Of a stretch of DNA of 64,000 nucleotides, positions 46,116 through 59,084 are shown piece after piece (within the stretch, counting starts at the first letter, position 1; each line of letters opens with the position of its first letter). The stretch is from positions 124,001 through 188,000 of the forward strand of contig NIVC01000962.1 in assembly GCA_002269645.1 (NCBI GenBank). Direction: 5' to 3'. The stretch is from Macrostomum lignano. Taxonomy: Eukaryota. The notes below the pieces were generated by a model. The model saw only the letters and a program-made list of their open reading frames with translations, searched no databases and was not told the DNA's origin. A program made the position numbers and the translations under genes.

Positions 46116-46897
46116 TGCGGCTGACCAGTTGGTGTCGGGCACACCGCGGCGGAGTGACCCTTGCCTGAGCACCGGCTGCAGCGGCTGCCGATCGCCTTTG
46201 GGCACCGCCTAGCAATGTGACCCGGCTCGCCGCAGCTGAAGCACTTAATGGGTCCCTTCTGACGCCTGTCTCTTCCGGGTGGTCCCGTTCGCACGCTGGC
46301 TGTCAGCTGCTGCATCTGCTGCTCCAGCTGGCTCAGCCGTCTGTCTTCTACCGACACCGCGGCTGATGAGGCTGTAGTTGCGTGGCTCACCAGCTCAAGC
46401 TGCGCAGCTCTGTCGACGATGGCGGCCAGCGAACACGAGTCCGCGTCCTGGTCCTTCAACAGCGCATCTCTCACGGCAGATGGCAGGAGGCGCATCAGAC
46501 GAAACTTCACGTCCTTTTCCCGAGCCGCCACGGAGTCGTCCGGGCGGGCCCGAAGGTGGAGAAGCTTCAGGCTGTAGGCGAGCTCCCTCAGCGACTCGTT
46601 GGGCTGTCGCTTTCGCTCTTCAAACTCCTCCATTGCTCTGTAGCAGCTCAGACTGTTGCCGAAGCACTCGATCAGCTTCTCCTTCAGCCTTTCATAGCTG
46701 GCTGACACGTCTGCCGGCTGCTCCCAGACGAAGATTTGCGCTTCTCCTGTCACCAGCAGTCTCAGCTTCTTTGCCTTCTTCTTGTCGTCCCATTCGCAGT
46801 CGTCGGCGAAGTCCTCAAACGTGCTTAGCCACATTCTCACGTTGGAGTCGCCGCTGAACTTTGGAGGCAATAAACTGGCTTGCTCTGATTTGGCCAT
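46103..46897 (-). CDS. Gypsy gag, 264 aa, two CCHC zinc knuckles
   Basis: PPKFSGD...WL..FE capsid-like N-terminus; CFSCGEPGHIARRC and CSRCSGKGHSAAVC; ends at slippery site GGGAAAC. Confidence 0.92.
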   Translation of the reverse strand: MAKSEQASLLPPKFSGDSNVRMWLSTFEDFADDCEWDDKKKAKKLRLLVTGEAQIFVWEQPADVSASYERLKEKLIECFGNSLSCYRAMEEFEERKRQPNESLRELAYSLKLLHLRARPDDSVAAREKDVKFRLMRLLPSAVRDALLKDQDADSCSLAAIVDRAAQLELVSHATTASSAAVSVEDRRLSQLEQQMQQLTASVRTGPPGRDRRQKGPIKCFSCGEPGHIARRCPKAIGSRCSRCSGKGHSAAVCPTPTGQPQGNF

Positions 46898-46903
46898 ACT
46901 GAG

Positions 46904-46916
46904 ACCGCTGCCACCA
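46904..46916 (-). other. Primer-binding site TGGTGGCAGCGGT, complementary to the tRNA-Leu(AAG/UAG) 3' end
   Basis: 1 nt inside the 5' LTR boundary; complementary to ...ACCGCTGCCACCA-3' as in eukaryotic tRNA-Leu (recalled from memory). Confidence 0.8.
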
Positions 46917-46917
46917 G

Positions 46918-47111
46918 TGTAAGACCGTGGGTTGAATTGCAGAGAATCAAAACGTGAGGAGACCTCACTGGCTCACGCCAATATATTTATTGCCAAAGTT
47001 GGGGTGGGTGTAACCACCCTAAGCACGCACACGCCGCAGCGCTAAACCCCAACCCCCAAACCAGCCAGACGTGCACATCTAAGTGCACGCGCACCAACAA
47101 GCCAGACTACA
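46918..47111 (-). repeat. 5' LTR (194 bp)
   Basis: Identical to 42515-42708. Confidence 0.96.
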
Positions 47112-47548
47112 ATATGATGTTAACATAGCCATTTGTTCGTAAGGTAATGATCTGTAAAAAATTCAGTTTTGCATTGAATCTATGCTTAATAACTGCTATA
47201 CACAAACAGACACAAACAGACACAAACAGACACAAACAGACGATTTTCGAAAAATTTTCTAAAATTTTTCGGTTTACGTGGACCAGACTCGCTCAGTTTA
47301 GGTAGACCAGGCTGGAGGTCCAGCTAAACTGAAATGCAAATAACTTTGGAAAAAACCATGCTAGACATCCCAAAATTGCTTAAGCCTTTCTTGACCCGCC
47401 TGACATTAATGTGAGATCCTCATCAACGTCTTAACCCCACCAGAGACAAAATTATTTGGTGGTCCACCTAAGTGGTCTACCTACACCGGGTGGTCCAGCT
47501 AACGAGGCTACTAAACTTCCAAAAAGTCCACGTAAACACACAGACAGT

Positions 47549-47888
<340 letters not shown>

Positions 47889-48268
47889 CATTGCTAAAAT
47901 TGCAGAGCAGGGGATAGCGCGATTGAATTCGCTGAGTTTCTCGCCTTCTCCTGAATCGAGAAGCGAGAACTCCTTGCTGGCCAATGAGGGGCGCTCAGAC
48001 TGCGGGGAGGGCGGCAGCCAAGGCGGGACTGACTGGCTAACGAGGAGGTGGCTCCAACTCCTCCCTCAGAGACAGAGAAACAGAGAGACAGACAGACAGA
48101 CAGATGTGGATTCCGTCTCCTCTCTTGTCTCCCCACCCTCCCCACGGCAGGGAGCTAAAAACTGGGACTGCCGCTGCAGCCGCCCCGCCTCCCGCTCGCA
48201 ACCAACATTTTCCCAGAGTGAGTCCGATATCTCTTCATCCTCAGCTTCCTTCTCTGTCGTCAATCGTC

Positions 48269-48669
48269 ATGGACTCGCCCAGCTTGCTGACCGGCTCGCC
48301 CTCCAGCGGGCAGCACCAGCCGTCGCTGAAGCCGACCTACAACACCTCCGTGCCGGTGCCGAACATCCCGGAGAACAACCAAGTGAAGCTGCTGGACTAT
48401 CGCGGAGCCAAGATTGCCGCGTTCTGCGTGGAGTCTCGCGATTTGATCTGCCTGCCGCAGGCTTTCGAGCTGTTTCTCAAGCACCTGGTCGGCGGCCTGC
48501 ACACGGTGTACACCAAGCTGAAGCGCCTGGAGATCTGCCCGGTTGTGTGCAATGTTGAGCAAGTGAGAATTCTGCGCGGTCTCGGCGCCATTCAACCCGG
48601 GGTCAATCGGTGCAAACTGATCGCGCCGGATGAGTTCGACGTGCTGTATGAGGACTGCACGAATTCCAG
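48269..48669 (+). CDS. dac: dachshund coding exon 1: DACHbox-N (Ski/Sno/Dac domain)
   Basis: VKLLDYRGAKIAAF...LICLPQAFELFLKHLVGGLHTVYTKLKRLEICPVVCNVEQVRILRGLGAIQPGVNRCKLI; donor GTGAGG at 48670 (phase 2). Confidence 0.95.
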
Positions 48670-48690
48670 GTGAGGCGACCGGGCTGTCCA

Positions 48691-49041
48691 GGGGGGGGGT
48701 GTGGGGTTCTGTGGGGTGTCAGGGTAGGCTGTGGGGTTCTGTGGGGTGTCAGGGTAGGGTGTGGGGTTCTGTGGGGTGTCAGGGTAGGCTGTGGGGTTCT
48801 GTGGGGTGTCAGGGTAGGGTGTGGGGTTCTGTGGGGTGTCAGGGTAGGCTGTGGGGTTCTGTGGGGTGTCAGGGTAGGGTGTGGGGTTCTGTGGGGTGTC
48901 AGGGTAGGCTGTGGGGTTCTGTGGGGTGTCAGGGTAGGGTGTGGGGTTCTGTGGGGTGTCAGGGTAGGGTGTGGGGTTCTATGGGGTGTCAGGGTAGGGT
49001 GTGGGGTTCTATGGGGTGTCAGGGTAGGGTGTGGGGTTCTG
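48691..49041. repeat. G-rich 30-bp minisatellite GTGGGGTTCTGTGGGGTGTCAGGGTAGG(C/G)T
   Basis: ~11-12 tandem copies starting ~20 nt after the exon 1 donor. Confidence 0.95.
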
Positions 49042-50061
49042 TATGCCCATACAGTCGGCAAACGCTGGTACCTGTGTTGAGCAAACTATTAGTCAGGTAT
49101 CGCCCCATAGGCATCTCAACGACGAGTTCCGCATCTGTCCCATGATCTCAATTAAAAGTGAGAGCCCCAACTGATTCAAATTATGGACAAAAAGTAAAGC
49201 GGATTCATCGAGATTCATTCAATTCACGGAATGATTGATTTTAGCTGAAACCCCCCCAGCCTCACCTGAATCATCATCATAGATGCCTCCGACGTGTTGA
49301 GCTTCTATAAATTTCTTTTAAGTTTTTGTTTAGGGATTTTGCCTAACAATCCATTACAGAGAGTGGCTCACTGATTCAGAATTTAATCCAGAAAAGTGAG
49401 GATGCGCATTGAGGATCAGGTGGCTCCCGGAGCGTGTCGCCAGGGTTCTGGCAAACCTGTTCCAGGAATTATCAACCCCTGCCAATCTTTGCCGAGCTGT
49501 TCAATCATTGCAAATCTTCTTTTTTATCTTCGGTGCCGATCGTTCAAAGAAATGGATCGGGCCGGGCTTACAGAGGATTTTTAATACCTTGAGACTGGCC
49601 TGCTTTTTAATAGCAATTTTAATCCTCTACCTTAAATCGAGCCGAGCCTTAGCTGGGGGAATTATCCATTTTTTTGCAATCCCAACTTGGCTACTGGAGT
49701 TTGCAGTGGGGAATCTGATCCAACTGTCTGCAGCTGTCTGTAATTACTCCACAATTTGTTGCCACAATTTGATGTCGGAGGCTGGCTCTGAGATCCCGTA
49801 TCCGAGCAAAGGGCCTGCTTGTGAGGACAGGAAATCACATGCCTATATTTTTGCAGCCGTCTGTTCCGCGACTTTCTCTCTGCTCAAAGGGCTCAAAACA
49901 CAATCAAGAAAATTTCCTGAATCACATCAGAAGCAAAAAAATAAGGCGGCGAAAAGGTGACTGTCTTTTGCGCCCCTCATCCTCATTTCCTGAGTTCCCG
50001 GGAAAGCAAAAAGATTGCCATTGTAGCGAATGGGTATCACATTTGGTCTGATGATGGATCC

Positions 50062-50395
50062 ATGACTGAATCTATGACTGAATCTGACTGAATCTATGAC
50101 CGAATCTATGACTGAATCTATGACTGAATCTATGACTGAATCTATGACTGAATCTATGACTGAATCTATGACTGAATCTATGACTGAATCCATGACTGAA
50201 TCTGACTGAATCTATGACCGAATCTGACTGAATCTATGACCGAATCTATGACTGAATCTATGACTGAATCTATGACTGAATCTATGACTGAATCCATGAC
50301 TGAATCCATGACTGAATCTATGACTGAATCTATGACTGAATCTGACTGAATCTATGACTGAATCTATGACTAAATCTATGACTGAATCTATGAAT
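50062..50395. repeat. 12-bp minisatellite TGACTGAATCTA
   Basis: Tandem copies. Confidence 0.92.
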
Positions 50396-50534
50396 GAGTC
50401 CATTACCAGATATATGATCGGATCTGTATGAATAGATCTAATGACCGGATCTAAGACAACCGATGAATTCATGATTGATTCTATAGGATTGGATCTATGA
50501 TGTGTTTTTTTAGATTAGTTGCCTCAATGATTCC

Positions 50535-51032
50535 TGTTATGTGATTAGATATGTGACTAGATATATGATTAGATGTGTGATTAGATGTGTGATTAGATAT
50601 ATGATTAGATATATGATTAGATGTGTGATTTAGATGGGTGATTAGATGTGTTATTTAGATCGGTGATTAGATATGTGATTAGATGTGTGATTAGATATGT
50701 GATTAGATGTGTGATTTAGATGGGTGATTAGATATGTGATTAGATATGTGATTAGATATGTGATTAGATATGTGATTAGATATGTGATTAGATATGTGAT
50801 TAGATATGTGATTAGATGTGTGATTAGATATGTGATTAGATATATGATTAGATATGTGATTAGATGTGTGATTAGATATGTGATTAGATATGTGATTAGA
50901 TGGGTGATTAGATATGTGATTAGATATGTGATTAGATATGTGATTAGATGGGTGATTAGATATGTGATTAGATGGGTGATTAGATATGTGATTAGATATG
51001 TGATTAGATGTGTGATTAGATGGGTGATTAGA
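50535..51032. repeat. 12-bp minisatellite TGATTAGATATG
   Basis: Tandem copies. Confidence 0.92.
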
Positions 51033-53288
51033 TGGCCCCAGCCGGAGCAGCAGGTTCAAGCGCTGCCTTGCGTGGGTGCCAGTGTGTATTTTCTGTCATT
51101 CTGAGCAGAAATGTTTAACTTCCACAGTGCCGCCAGGCTCTCTGGTTAAATACTGAAGCGTATACAAGAACAAAGCCCAAGTCTCAATAGCACTCAGCAT
51201 TTAACTCATCTGTCACGAGGCCGCCAGAAACTTGGCAATTCTGTTTGCTTAACATTGGTTCCGCCGAAATAAATTCTTTAAAAGAGAGCGGAGAGAGGGG
51301 GGCTGGTACCACTTTTTGGAAATAATTTCTGTCTGGTGCTGTTGAGCCGCAGTTTAAAAGGCGAGGGGGTTGAAAATCAGCAAGCGAAAGCAAGATTTGT
51401 TTGAGCCGGGTGGGGAGGGGGTGAGCAGTGGGTATCGCAGCTCCGCCAGCTTCGTTTTGATTCCTCATATTTGCACGTTGGTTTCGGCCAAATGGAAACA
51501 TGCTTTGCTATCAATATTTGATCGCCAAGTGGCTTTTGACAGGTGTAGACTGGACTGGACGGAGAGAGAGAGAGAGAGCTGAAGATAGAATTGAGTAGAA
51601 ATAGAGACACGAAGAGCTGGCTTGATGGGGCGACTCGTCCTCGAGTAAACAGTCCCGCATCTCCATGCCGCACTATCATAGGCAAATGTAAAGATCGATG
51701 ATCTGAGATATCTCAAAGTTTTTTATTATTCTATCAAATCAGAAAAATTGGCATTTATGAAAGTTGCAATGCTGTCATTCATGAATTGATACTCGGGTGT
51801 CTCAAAGCAGACGCAGAGGCAGAGCTCAGATCTTATCTCGCAATGATCAAATAACTCATGTTCGACTTGAAAAAAACAAGACCTGTGCATCTCTGTGTAA
51901 CATGCAAGCAGAAGGCTCGATGTTGGGGCATCGAGATTCTGACATTTTATTCTATTATTTATATTATATTTTCAAAGCTTTTACAGCCTGTATGAAGTTG
52001 TCTCTCCCCCGAAGGACAAGGGTGGAAAAAGCAGAAAAAAGCCAGATTGACAAGTGCCGCAAAGAAGCACGCAAGAGACCCGGCCCCCCAAAACCAAGAA
52101 ACCCTGAAGTCTCCGGCGTCTCCGGAAAGGGGGCGACGCCCCGCTCCGATCTTAAATAGAATTTTCGACCCACTTCAGTTACTTGAGCTTATGGTCCCCC
52201 CCAAGCTCATAAATCCCTCACGGCCTGAGCTGTCTTGCCGGGTTTACAAACTAAAATAAAGCTTCCAAGCACATCTGTTCCAGTCTCTTCACTCCTTGTG
52301 CAAATCAGAAAAAATGGGAAAAGAAGGAATTTAGACTGTCGGCCTTTCCGATAGCCTCTTCGCACGGAATGTCTTCGAGGTGGGAAGAAAGAAGCAGGGA
52401 ACTGAAAAGAAGCACAAGCATGCTCAAAGATTAGCGGGTTCGCAGGACCCCCTCTCGCAATGATTTTAACATCTAGCATTGCTTTGATGAATTAAATCGG
52501 CGATGGGGCAAACAGATTAACAAATGGCCTTTCAAAGATTTATTTGCGAATGCTGTGAGTCTTCTTGTTAATCAGTTGAATTTCTTTTTACAAAAGAAGT
52601 TGGCAAACTCAGTTGAGTAAGTTAAGACAGCAAAAACAACAGAATGGTTGGTAAGGGGATTATTTTCTGAGCGTGACTGAGCCCAGGAGAGGCCAGTGGG
52701 GAACGGAGATCCCTGGGAACTCTGCACCTGGGACGGAGAGCCTGGCCTGCTCAGCACAGATGAAATGAAAGAGAATCGGGTCACACCAGTCAGTGTAGTT
52801 GTTGGATTTGGTGCAAGTTGAGCCAATTGCGAGTCGAGCAATCAAAGCGATGAATTCTTTGCTTTCCTGTTCGCTTTCACCTCTTTCTCCGTCTCTTCTT
52901 CTGCCCCTCGTCTCAATCCTAATTCTCAGCCGCCTCTTGCTTTTTTCTGTTCATCTTTACTTTAGCACTTGATGCAACTGGGGCTTTATAGCCTCATAAC
53001 CCATTGGAAATGTGCGTCGGGATCACTGTGCACTTATGCCTGAGAGAAGGGCATAAGGGTGTACACAGGGCAGGGGGAATTACTATTTAAAACATTTTAA
53101 ACATCTAGTCCAGTCACGTGATCTGCTTACTAGAATGAGTCACACTGATGTACTTTCGCTTCCCAGCCCCTATCTTGTCTCTGATTGGCTGGCGACCAGG
53201 GGGACCCGGCTTGGGGTGTTAGAAAGCTGATCTATTTTTAGAACAGGCCTCACGCGCCACCCTCAAACCCAACCGTTTATAATTGCAG

Positions 53289-53488
53289 CGCCCGCCCGGG
53301 CCGGCCGCCGAAGCGTTCCATGACCATGTCGCCGGATTTCCCGCCCATGCTGAGCGGCGGCGGTGGCGGCGGTGGCGGTGGCGGCGGCGAGGTGCTGAAG
53401 CGAACTCGCTTTGACAATCCGGCCGCTGCGGCTGCGGCTGCTGCTGCTGCTGCGGCTGCGTCTTTGAAGTTTCCGCCCAACTCAACAA
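53289..53488 (+). CDS. dac: dachshund exon 2 (S-ARPGRPPKR..., polyG, polyA)
   Basis: ttgcag| acceptor; AG|C completes Ser; conserved Dac RPGRPPKR motif; donor GTGAGC at 53489 (phase 1). Confidence 0.9.
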
Positions 53489-54734
53489 GTGAGCTAGCTA
53501 TAGGCAACTGCATAGACCTATTCGCGTCTCGCATGATACCATGTCGGATTCAAAATGTTTTGCAATGCTTGACTCACTCTGGAGGAATAAATATTTCAGC
53601 CTCAGAAAGTCGATAGCAGAGGGTCATTCAGATGCAGCGAAGTTTCGCACGGGAGTTTCACCAAACCAAGCCCCGGCAATCGGGAAATCCAGTCGATGCA
53701 TGTCAAATGCAAATAAAATTTGAAATTCTGCCACTCTCCCGCTCAGCCTCTCGCTTTCTCTCGGCTCACCTCTCTCTTACTCGAGTGTTTTTCTGCCCAG
53801 CCTCCGCAGGATTTCATTATATATGTATGTATATATATATTTCCCAGACCGCTCGGCAAGTTGAGTATTTGGAGACTACCGATCAATTCCCTCTTCTCGC
53901 TTTCTCTCTCTGGGATTGAACTGCTGTTGGACCAGGGTGCTGCTGCTGGTCAGCTCAACACAATGGGGCTCAGCAAACAGTCTGGAAGCTGAAGCCTGGG
54001 AGAATCCACTCCGCGCGCACAAAAGCCATTTCTTATTTCTTTGAACTGGCCTTTGTATTTCTGAGACTCAGCAGCTCCCGTGCCACTTGATTTCACTGCC
54101 CGCTTTCACCCGCCTATTCTGAAAAGCTGAATTTAAAACGCCGAGTTAATGAGGGAGTGAGGCGGCCGGGCCGTAGCTGGGCTTGATGAAATGGCTATTC
54201 TTATACTTGAATGCCACTCCCTCCTGCCATTTCCGTGTTTTAACCCGTGCAGCATCAAACTCTTCTCCATCAAGCTGCTGCCCACCACCACCTGTGAAGG
54301 TGAAAAAACACAAATAACTTTCTTTGCATCGTTCAACTCTCTCTCTCGCTCTCTCTCTCACTCTTAATTTACTTCTTTCGCGGAGTGACTGACTGGGCCT
54401 GAAATTTCTTGAGTTGAAGAGAAACTGTGACAGCTACAGGAGAACAATTTTTCAGCTCCACTCCCCTAATTGGGAGCACGGGGTTGGGACATATTGTAAA
54501 AAATGCCTGCATTGCACAGGACAAACTTCTTTAATTTTTGTCTCATTACAGACTGACAATTCCACTAAGGGGGGACTCATGACTTCCTTTTGTTGAAAGA
54601 TTTCTCCAAGCAGCAAGTCTACTGAGGCAAATTAAAACACTGAATACCCGATGAGGCAGTGCGAAGGGCCCGCAGCTGCGTTGAGGACCGCAATTTCACA
54701 AACTGGAGTGCTTGAAACCTTTAGGCGATGCCTC

Positions 54735-55292
54735 TCAAGAGGTGGGTCAGGACTGACCCAAGATGTGGGTCAGGACTGTCTCAAGATGTGGGTCAGGACT
54801 GTCTCAAGATGTGGGTCAGGATTGACTCAAGAGGTGGGTCAGGATTGACCCAAGATGTGGGTCAGGATTGACTCAAGATGTGGGTCAGGACTGACCCAAG
54901 ATGTGGGTCAACACTGTCTCAAGATGTGGGTCAGGATTCACTGAAGATGAGGGTCAACACTGTCTCAAGATGTGGGTCAGGATTCGCTGAAGATGAGGGT
55001 CAGTATCCTGACTAAAAAGACGTGGATCAGGACTGACTGAAGATGTGGGTCAGGATTGACTCAAGAGGTGGGTCAGGATTGACTGAAGATGTGGGTCAGG
55101 ATTGACTCAAGAGGTGGGTCAGGATTGACTCAAGAGGTGGGTCAGGATTGACTCAAGAGGTGGGTCAGGATTGACTCAAGAGGTGGGTCAGGATTGACTC
55201 AAGATGTGGGTCAGGATTGACTCAAGAGGTGGGTCAGGATTGACTCAAGAGGTGGGTCTGGATTGACTCAAGAGGTGGGTCTGGACTGACGC
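54735..55292. repeat. 23-bp minisatellite CAAGAGGTGGGTCAGGATTGACT
   Basis: Tandem copies ending ~50 nt before the exon 3 acceptor. Confidence 0.92.
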
Positions 55293-55344
55293 AAGAGTGC
55301 CACACGAATGGGAACTGACAGCTAATTCCATTTTCCCACCGCAG

Positions 55345-55792
55345 TGAGCGCCCTGGACAAGAAGCTCTTCCCGCCGCCTCCGGTGGGCTTTAGTGCCGCC
55401 GGGCCAGGGGGATATTATCCCGCCTACCCGCCGCACCTCAGCATGTTCCCAGCTCTGTTCTCACCGTTCGCTCATCATCATCACCACGGCCCGCCCGCGC
55501 CGCACCCGCCGCCGCCTCCGCCACCTCCGCCGCCGCCGCCTCCGCCGCCGCCTCCGCCATCAGCGCCGCCACGTCAGGAGAGCGCCGCCGCAGCCGCTGC
55601 CGCCAGCCACCTGGCCGGCGCCCTGGCCTGCCTGTTCGCGCCGTCGGCCACCTCGTCTGCAGCGAATTCGGCGAGTCTGGCGAGCATGGCGGTCACCTCG
55701 GCGGCGGCCGCGGCTGCCGAACTGCCGCCAATCGGGCTGAGCGGGGCGGTGCCGCGGCTTCGGCAAACTGAGCACTCGGAGGAAGCCTTCGA
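55345..55792 (+). CDS. dac: dachshund exon 3 (polyH, 18-residue polyP, polyA)
   Basis: ccgcag| acceptor, phase 1 match (A|TG), GC-rich, donor GTGAGT at 55793 (phase 2). Confidence 0.8.
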
Positions 55793-55805
55793 GTGAGTGG
55801 CGACG

Positions 55806-56330
55806 AGATTTGACCCTCCTAGATTTGACCCCTCCTAGATTTGACCCCTCCTAGATTTGACCCCTCCTAGATTTGACCCCTCCTAGATTTGACTCCTCCT
55901 ATATTTGACCCCTCCTAGATTTGACCCCCCTAGATTTGACCCCTCCTAGATTTGACCCCTCCTAGATTTGAATCCTTCTAGATTTGACCCCTCCTAGATT
56001 TGACCCCCCTAGATTTGACCCCCCTAGATTTGACCCCTCCTAGATTTGACTCCTCCTAGATTTGACTCCTCCTAGATTTGACCCCTCCTAGATTTGACCC
56101 CTCCTAGATTTGACCCCTCCTAGATTTGACCCCTCCTAGATTTGACACTTCCTATATTTGACCCCTCCTAGATTTGAGCCCCCTAGATTTGACTCCTCCT
56201 AGATTTGACCCCTCCTAGATTTGACTCCTTCTAGATTTGACCCCTCCTAGATTTGACCCCCCTAGATTTGACTCCCCCTAGATTTGACTCCTCCTAGATT
56301 TGACCCCCCCCTCATAAATTTGACCCCCTC
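55806..56330. repeat. 16-bp minisatellite CTAGATTTGACCCCTC
   Basis: Tandem copies starting ~13 nt after the exon 3 donor. Confidence 0.93.
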
Positions 56331-56670
56331 CTCCTGAGGGGGAATTGCCCCCCCCGAGGATTGTCCCTCAGAGAGAATCAATTAGCAAGCTGGCTGAGTT
56401 CCCACAATTGGGATTGCTGAGCCCTCCAGCTCACCCCAGCCGAGATAAATTTCAGTGAACTTTCTCAAATCTCCAGTAGAAGCGTAGCGGAAAAATATTT
56501 GATAAAGCCGGCTCTAGAAAGACGGGGGAATTTAATCCCCGCCTTTTTGGGCACCCGGAATTTTTGGGAATCTTATTTTGAATGGGGATCTCGCGATGCA
56601 AGTCTCAATGTTTGCATTGTTTCAGAAGGCTTGGCACTCTCTCTCTCTCTTCCCCCCTCTGCTCCCGCAG

Positions 56671-56714
56671 GTCCGAGCGCTGCTCACCGGACGGCGGGCC
56701 AACGGAGGACAACT
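56671..56714 (+). CDS. dac: dachshund exon 4 (E-SERCSPDGGPTEDN)
   Basis: Strong pyrimidine tract plus cccgcag|, donor GTGAGT at 56715; phases 2/1 fit the neighbouring exons. Confidence 0.7.
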
Positions 56715-57310
56715 GTGAGTCCTCGGCGGTGCCAGCCGCCCTGACAACTTCTGTCCCGACTCGCTACCCCTCCTCTCTTCTAGTGTTTGGAGTGGGTCCA
56801 CCGGATCAACACAGGAATGCTTGGATGAGGTGTCTGGCCAGGCCTTGGAGGCCAGACCGAGAGTCTGGAGTCACAGTTGGGGGAAAGAGTTACGACTCCA
56901 GGCTCTTGGCTCTGGGCCTCCTTGGCCAGATCAACAAAAGATTGTGTGAATGTGTTTGGTGGATGGGGGTGGCGGCTGAGCACTGAGCATGAGCTCAAGG
57001 CGCGGGCCCCTCGTTGCCACTCATTTCCGCCAGTTCCGCCTCTCCTGCCCCTCACCCTCTCTCCCTCTCCCGCTACTCCTCTAGTCACGGATTCAAACTG
57101 CGATTTTCTTTTGTGAATGAAGTTTTATTTTCTGTTTCTCAATTGCTCAACTGAGTCTCCTCAGCCCCCGGAGTCGCATTGTCGATTCAGAGGTGAAGCT
57201 GGAGGGGAAGTCGGGGGGCTCCTGCATCCGGGACCCGTTTGGAGTGTGTTTGCCCGCCAGCTCACCATCACCGCACCCTCGTCTCCCCCCGCTAAATGCG
57301 TTTGATTCAG

Positions 57311-57448
57311 CCACAACCTCCGCGACCCGCCACCCCCGCCACTCTTCTTCATCAGCAGGCGAAGGCCGTCGGGACCCAGCAGAGCATGAGCAGCTCGATG
57401 AGGCCGAGCCAGCAGCCGGGGAAGACGGACTCGAGAAGTGTTCGCTCG
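57311..57448 (+). CDS. dac: dachshund exon 5
   Basis: gattcag| acceptor, open in phase 1, donor GTGAGA at 57449 (phase 1). Confidence 0.65.
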
Positions 57449-58521
57449 GTGAGACAGAAAAGCATCGCAATGCCCCCCCCCCGCCTGAGATGCAGCTTCC
57501 TCAATCCACTCCAGATTTGAAAACATTTGAGCAAACTATAATGCTTTGAGTGACTTATTCAATAGCTGGGCTCCCCAGCAGCCCCGGGGATCTGCTCAGA
57601 GCAAGGCGGATTTCAAGAGATTTGCCTCACGCAGGCCAAATCAAAACTTCTCCTCTTCTCCAATGAGAACTGCTGTTCTTTTCATTTCTTTTCCTCCCGT
57701 TCTCCCGCGCCCCTCCTTGAAGCCGGAAGTGCATTTGATGTTCCGATTCTAAAAAATAGAAGAAGCAATTCTGTGCAACCCCGAAACTGCTCAGTGCTGC
57801 TCAATATTCCCCCCCTCTCCAAGTCCAGTCAGGCAGGCAGCTTCCCACTGATTCCCCGATCCTCAAATCATTTCTGAGCAACTTCTTCTGCTCCGTGTCT
57901 TTCCAAGTTTTTTTCTTTCAGGAGCTCTTTCCTGATTTCCTGATTTTTGTGGCTGCCCCATCTGGTGCGGCAGACATTGTGCTTGATTGGCTTTTTATTG
58001 CAACTCCCCAGCCTGTCTTGTCTATCTGGGATCGCGTCCGGTTTCTGAGCTGGCTTGTAGATAACGGACAGGCGCGGAATAATGCTTTATTATTAATATC
58101 GATACATATCGGCATAGTCTGCTGAGAAGTGAAATTGAATTTGCCTAGATAATATTTAATCGATTTTAAAAATGGTTCTAAGAAACTATTTCTAAGACAA
58201 TTTCTAGGAAAACATATTCTAAGGGCTCAAGTTTAAAATCGAACGTCGCTTTCTAAGAAACAGCAACAATTTCCAGGAAAAAATCTTCAACCACAGAAAA
58301 AGGAACCTTTCCAAGAAATGAAGGGCATTTTAACAAATACAGCACCACCAAGGCTGAACGTTCAAAGTCTCCAAGGTCGCTTAAATTTTCAAGCTACTTT
58401 CTGAGAAATAGTGATGCTCAATATTGGATGGGATTTTCTAAGAAAGAAAATATAGGCGCCATTCTACTTGATCCAATGTGCGATTTGCTTAGAAAGAAAT
58501 TCAGTTTTGTCTGAATAAAAG

Positions 58522-58737
58522 TGCCATTATCCAGACAAGAAGTGCCATTATCCCGACAAGAAGTGCCATTATCCTGACAAGAAGTGCCATTATCCCGACA
58601 AGAAGTGCCATTATCCTGACAAGAAGTGCCATTATCTTGACAAGAAGTGCCATTATCTTGACAAGAAGTGCCATTATCTTGACAAGAAGTGCCATTATTC
58701 TGACAAAAAGTGCCATTATCCTGACAAGAAGTGCCAT
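58522..58737. repeat. 21-bp minisatellite CAAGAAGTGCCATTATCCTGA
   Basis: Tandem copies ending ~20 nt before the exon 6 acceptor. Confidence 0.92.
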
Positions 58738-58757
58738 TGCCCCCTAACACCCCGCAG

Positions 58758-59054
58758 TCCGCCGCCAGAGCACGTTCCTCGGCATCGAGCAGCAGGACGC
58801 TGACAATCTCGAGGACGACAACGAGGCCTCTCGCGACGACAACGCCGTCGAGGACGTCGGCGAAGAAGCTTCGGCTGCGTCTTCGGCGGCCGCGGTTACT
58901 GCCGCCGCTGCCGCCGCTGCCGCCGACGCTGGCCGAGGAGGCGCCGAGCCATGGCTGCACGGCCTGCAGCTGTGCCTGGCCAACATCGAGGCCATGCTGG
59001 CGGCCACCGCCGACAAGGCTCGGGCTCTGGACCGGCACTACAGGGATGAGAAAG
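58758..59054 (+). CDS. dac: dachshund exon 6: start of DACHbox-C (LQLCLANIEAMLAATADKARALDRHYRDEK)
   Basis: ccccgcag| acceptor, phase 1; aligns by eye to the DD2 motif IETLLTNIQGLLKVAIDNARAQEKQVQLEK; donor GTGAGT at 59055. This frame is missing from the ORF track. Confidence 0.85.
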
Positions 59055-59084
59055 GTGAGTAGAGGAGCGGGGGGCTCGTGAATT

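Larger units (their letters stand above)
42515..47111 (-). mobile_element. Ty3/Gypsy LTR retrotransposon, full length, recent insertion
   Basis: Identical 194-bp TG...CA LTRs; ATAT TSD (42511-42514, 47112-47115); PBS; PPT; gag plus PR-RT-RH-IN domain order. Confidence 0.97.

Noticed and set aside
45700-46215. N-terminal ~170 aa of the 1156-aa ORF as real Pol sequence
   Set aside because: Out-of-frame read-through; the real protease is in another frame and the fusion results from the 89-bp duplication.
58731-59081. ORF 58731..59081 as the dac exon frame
   Set aside because: Wrong frame; the phase-compatible frame encoding DD2 starts at 58758.
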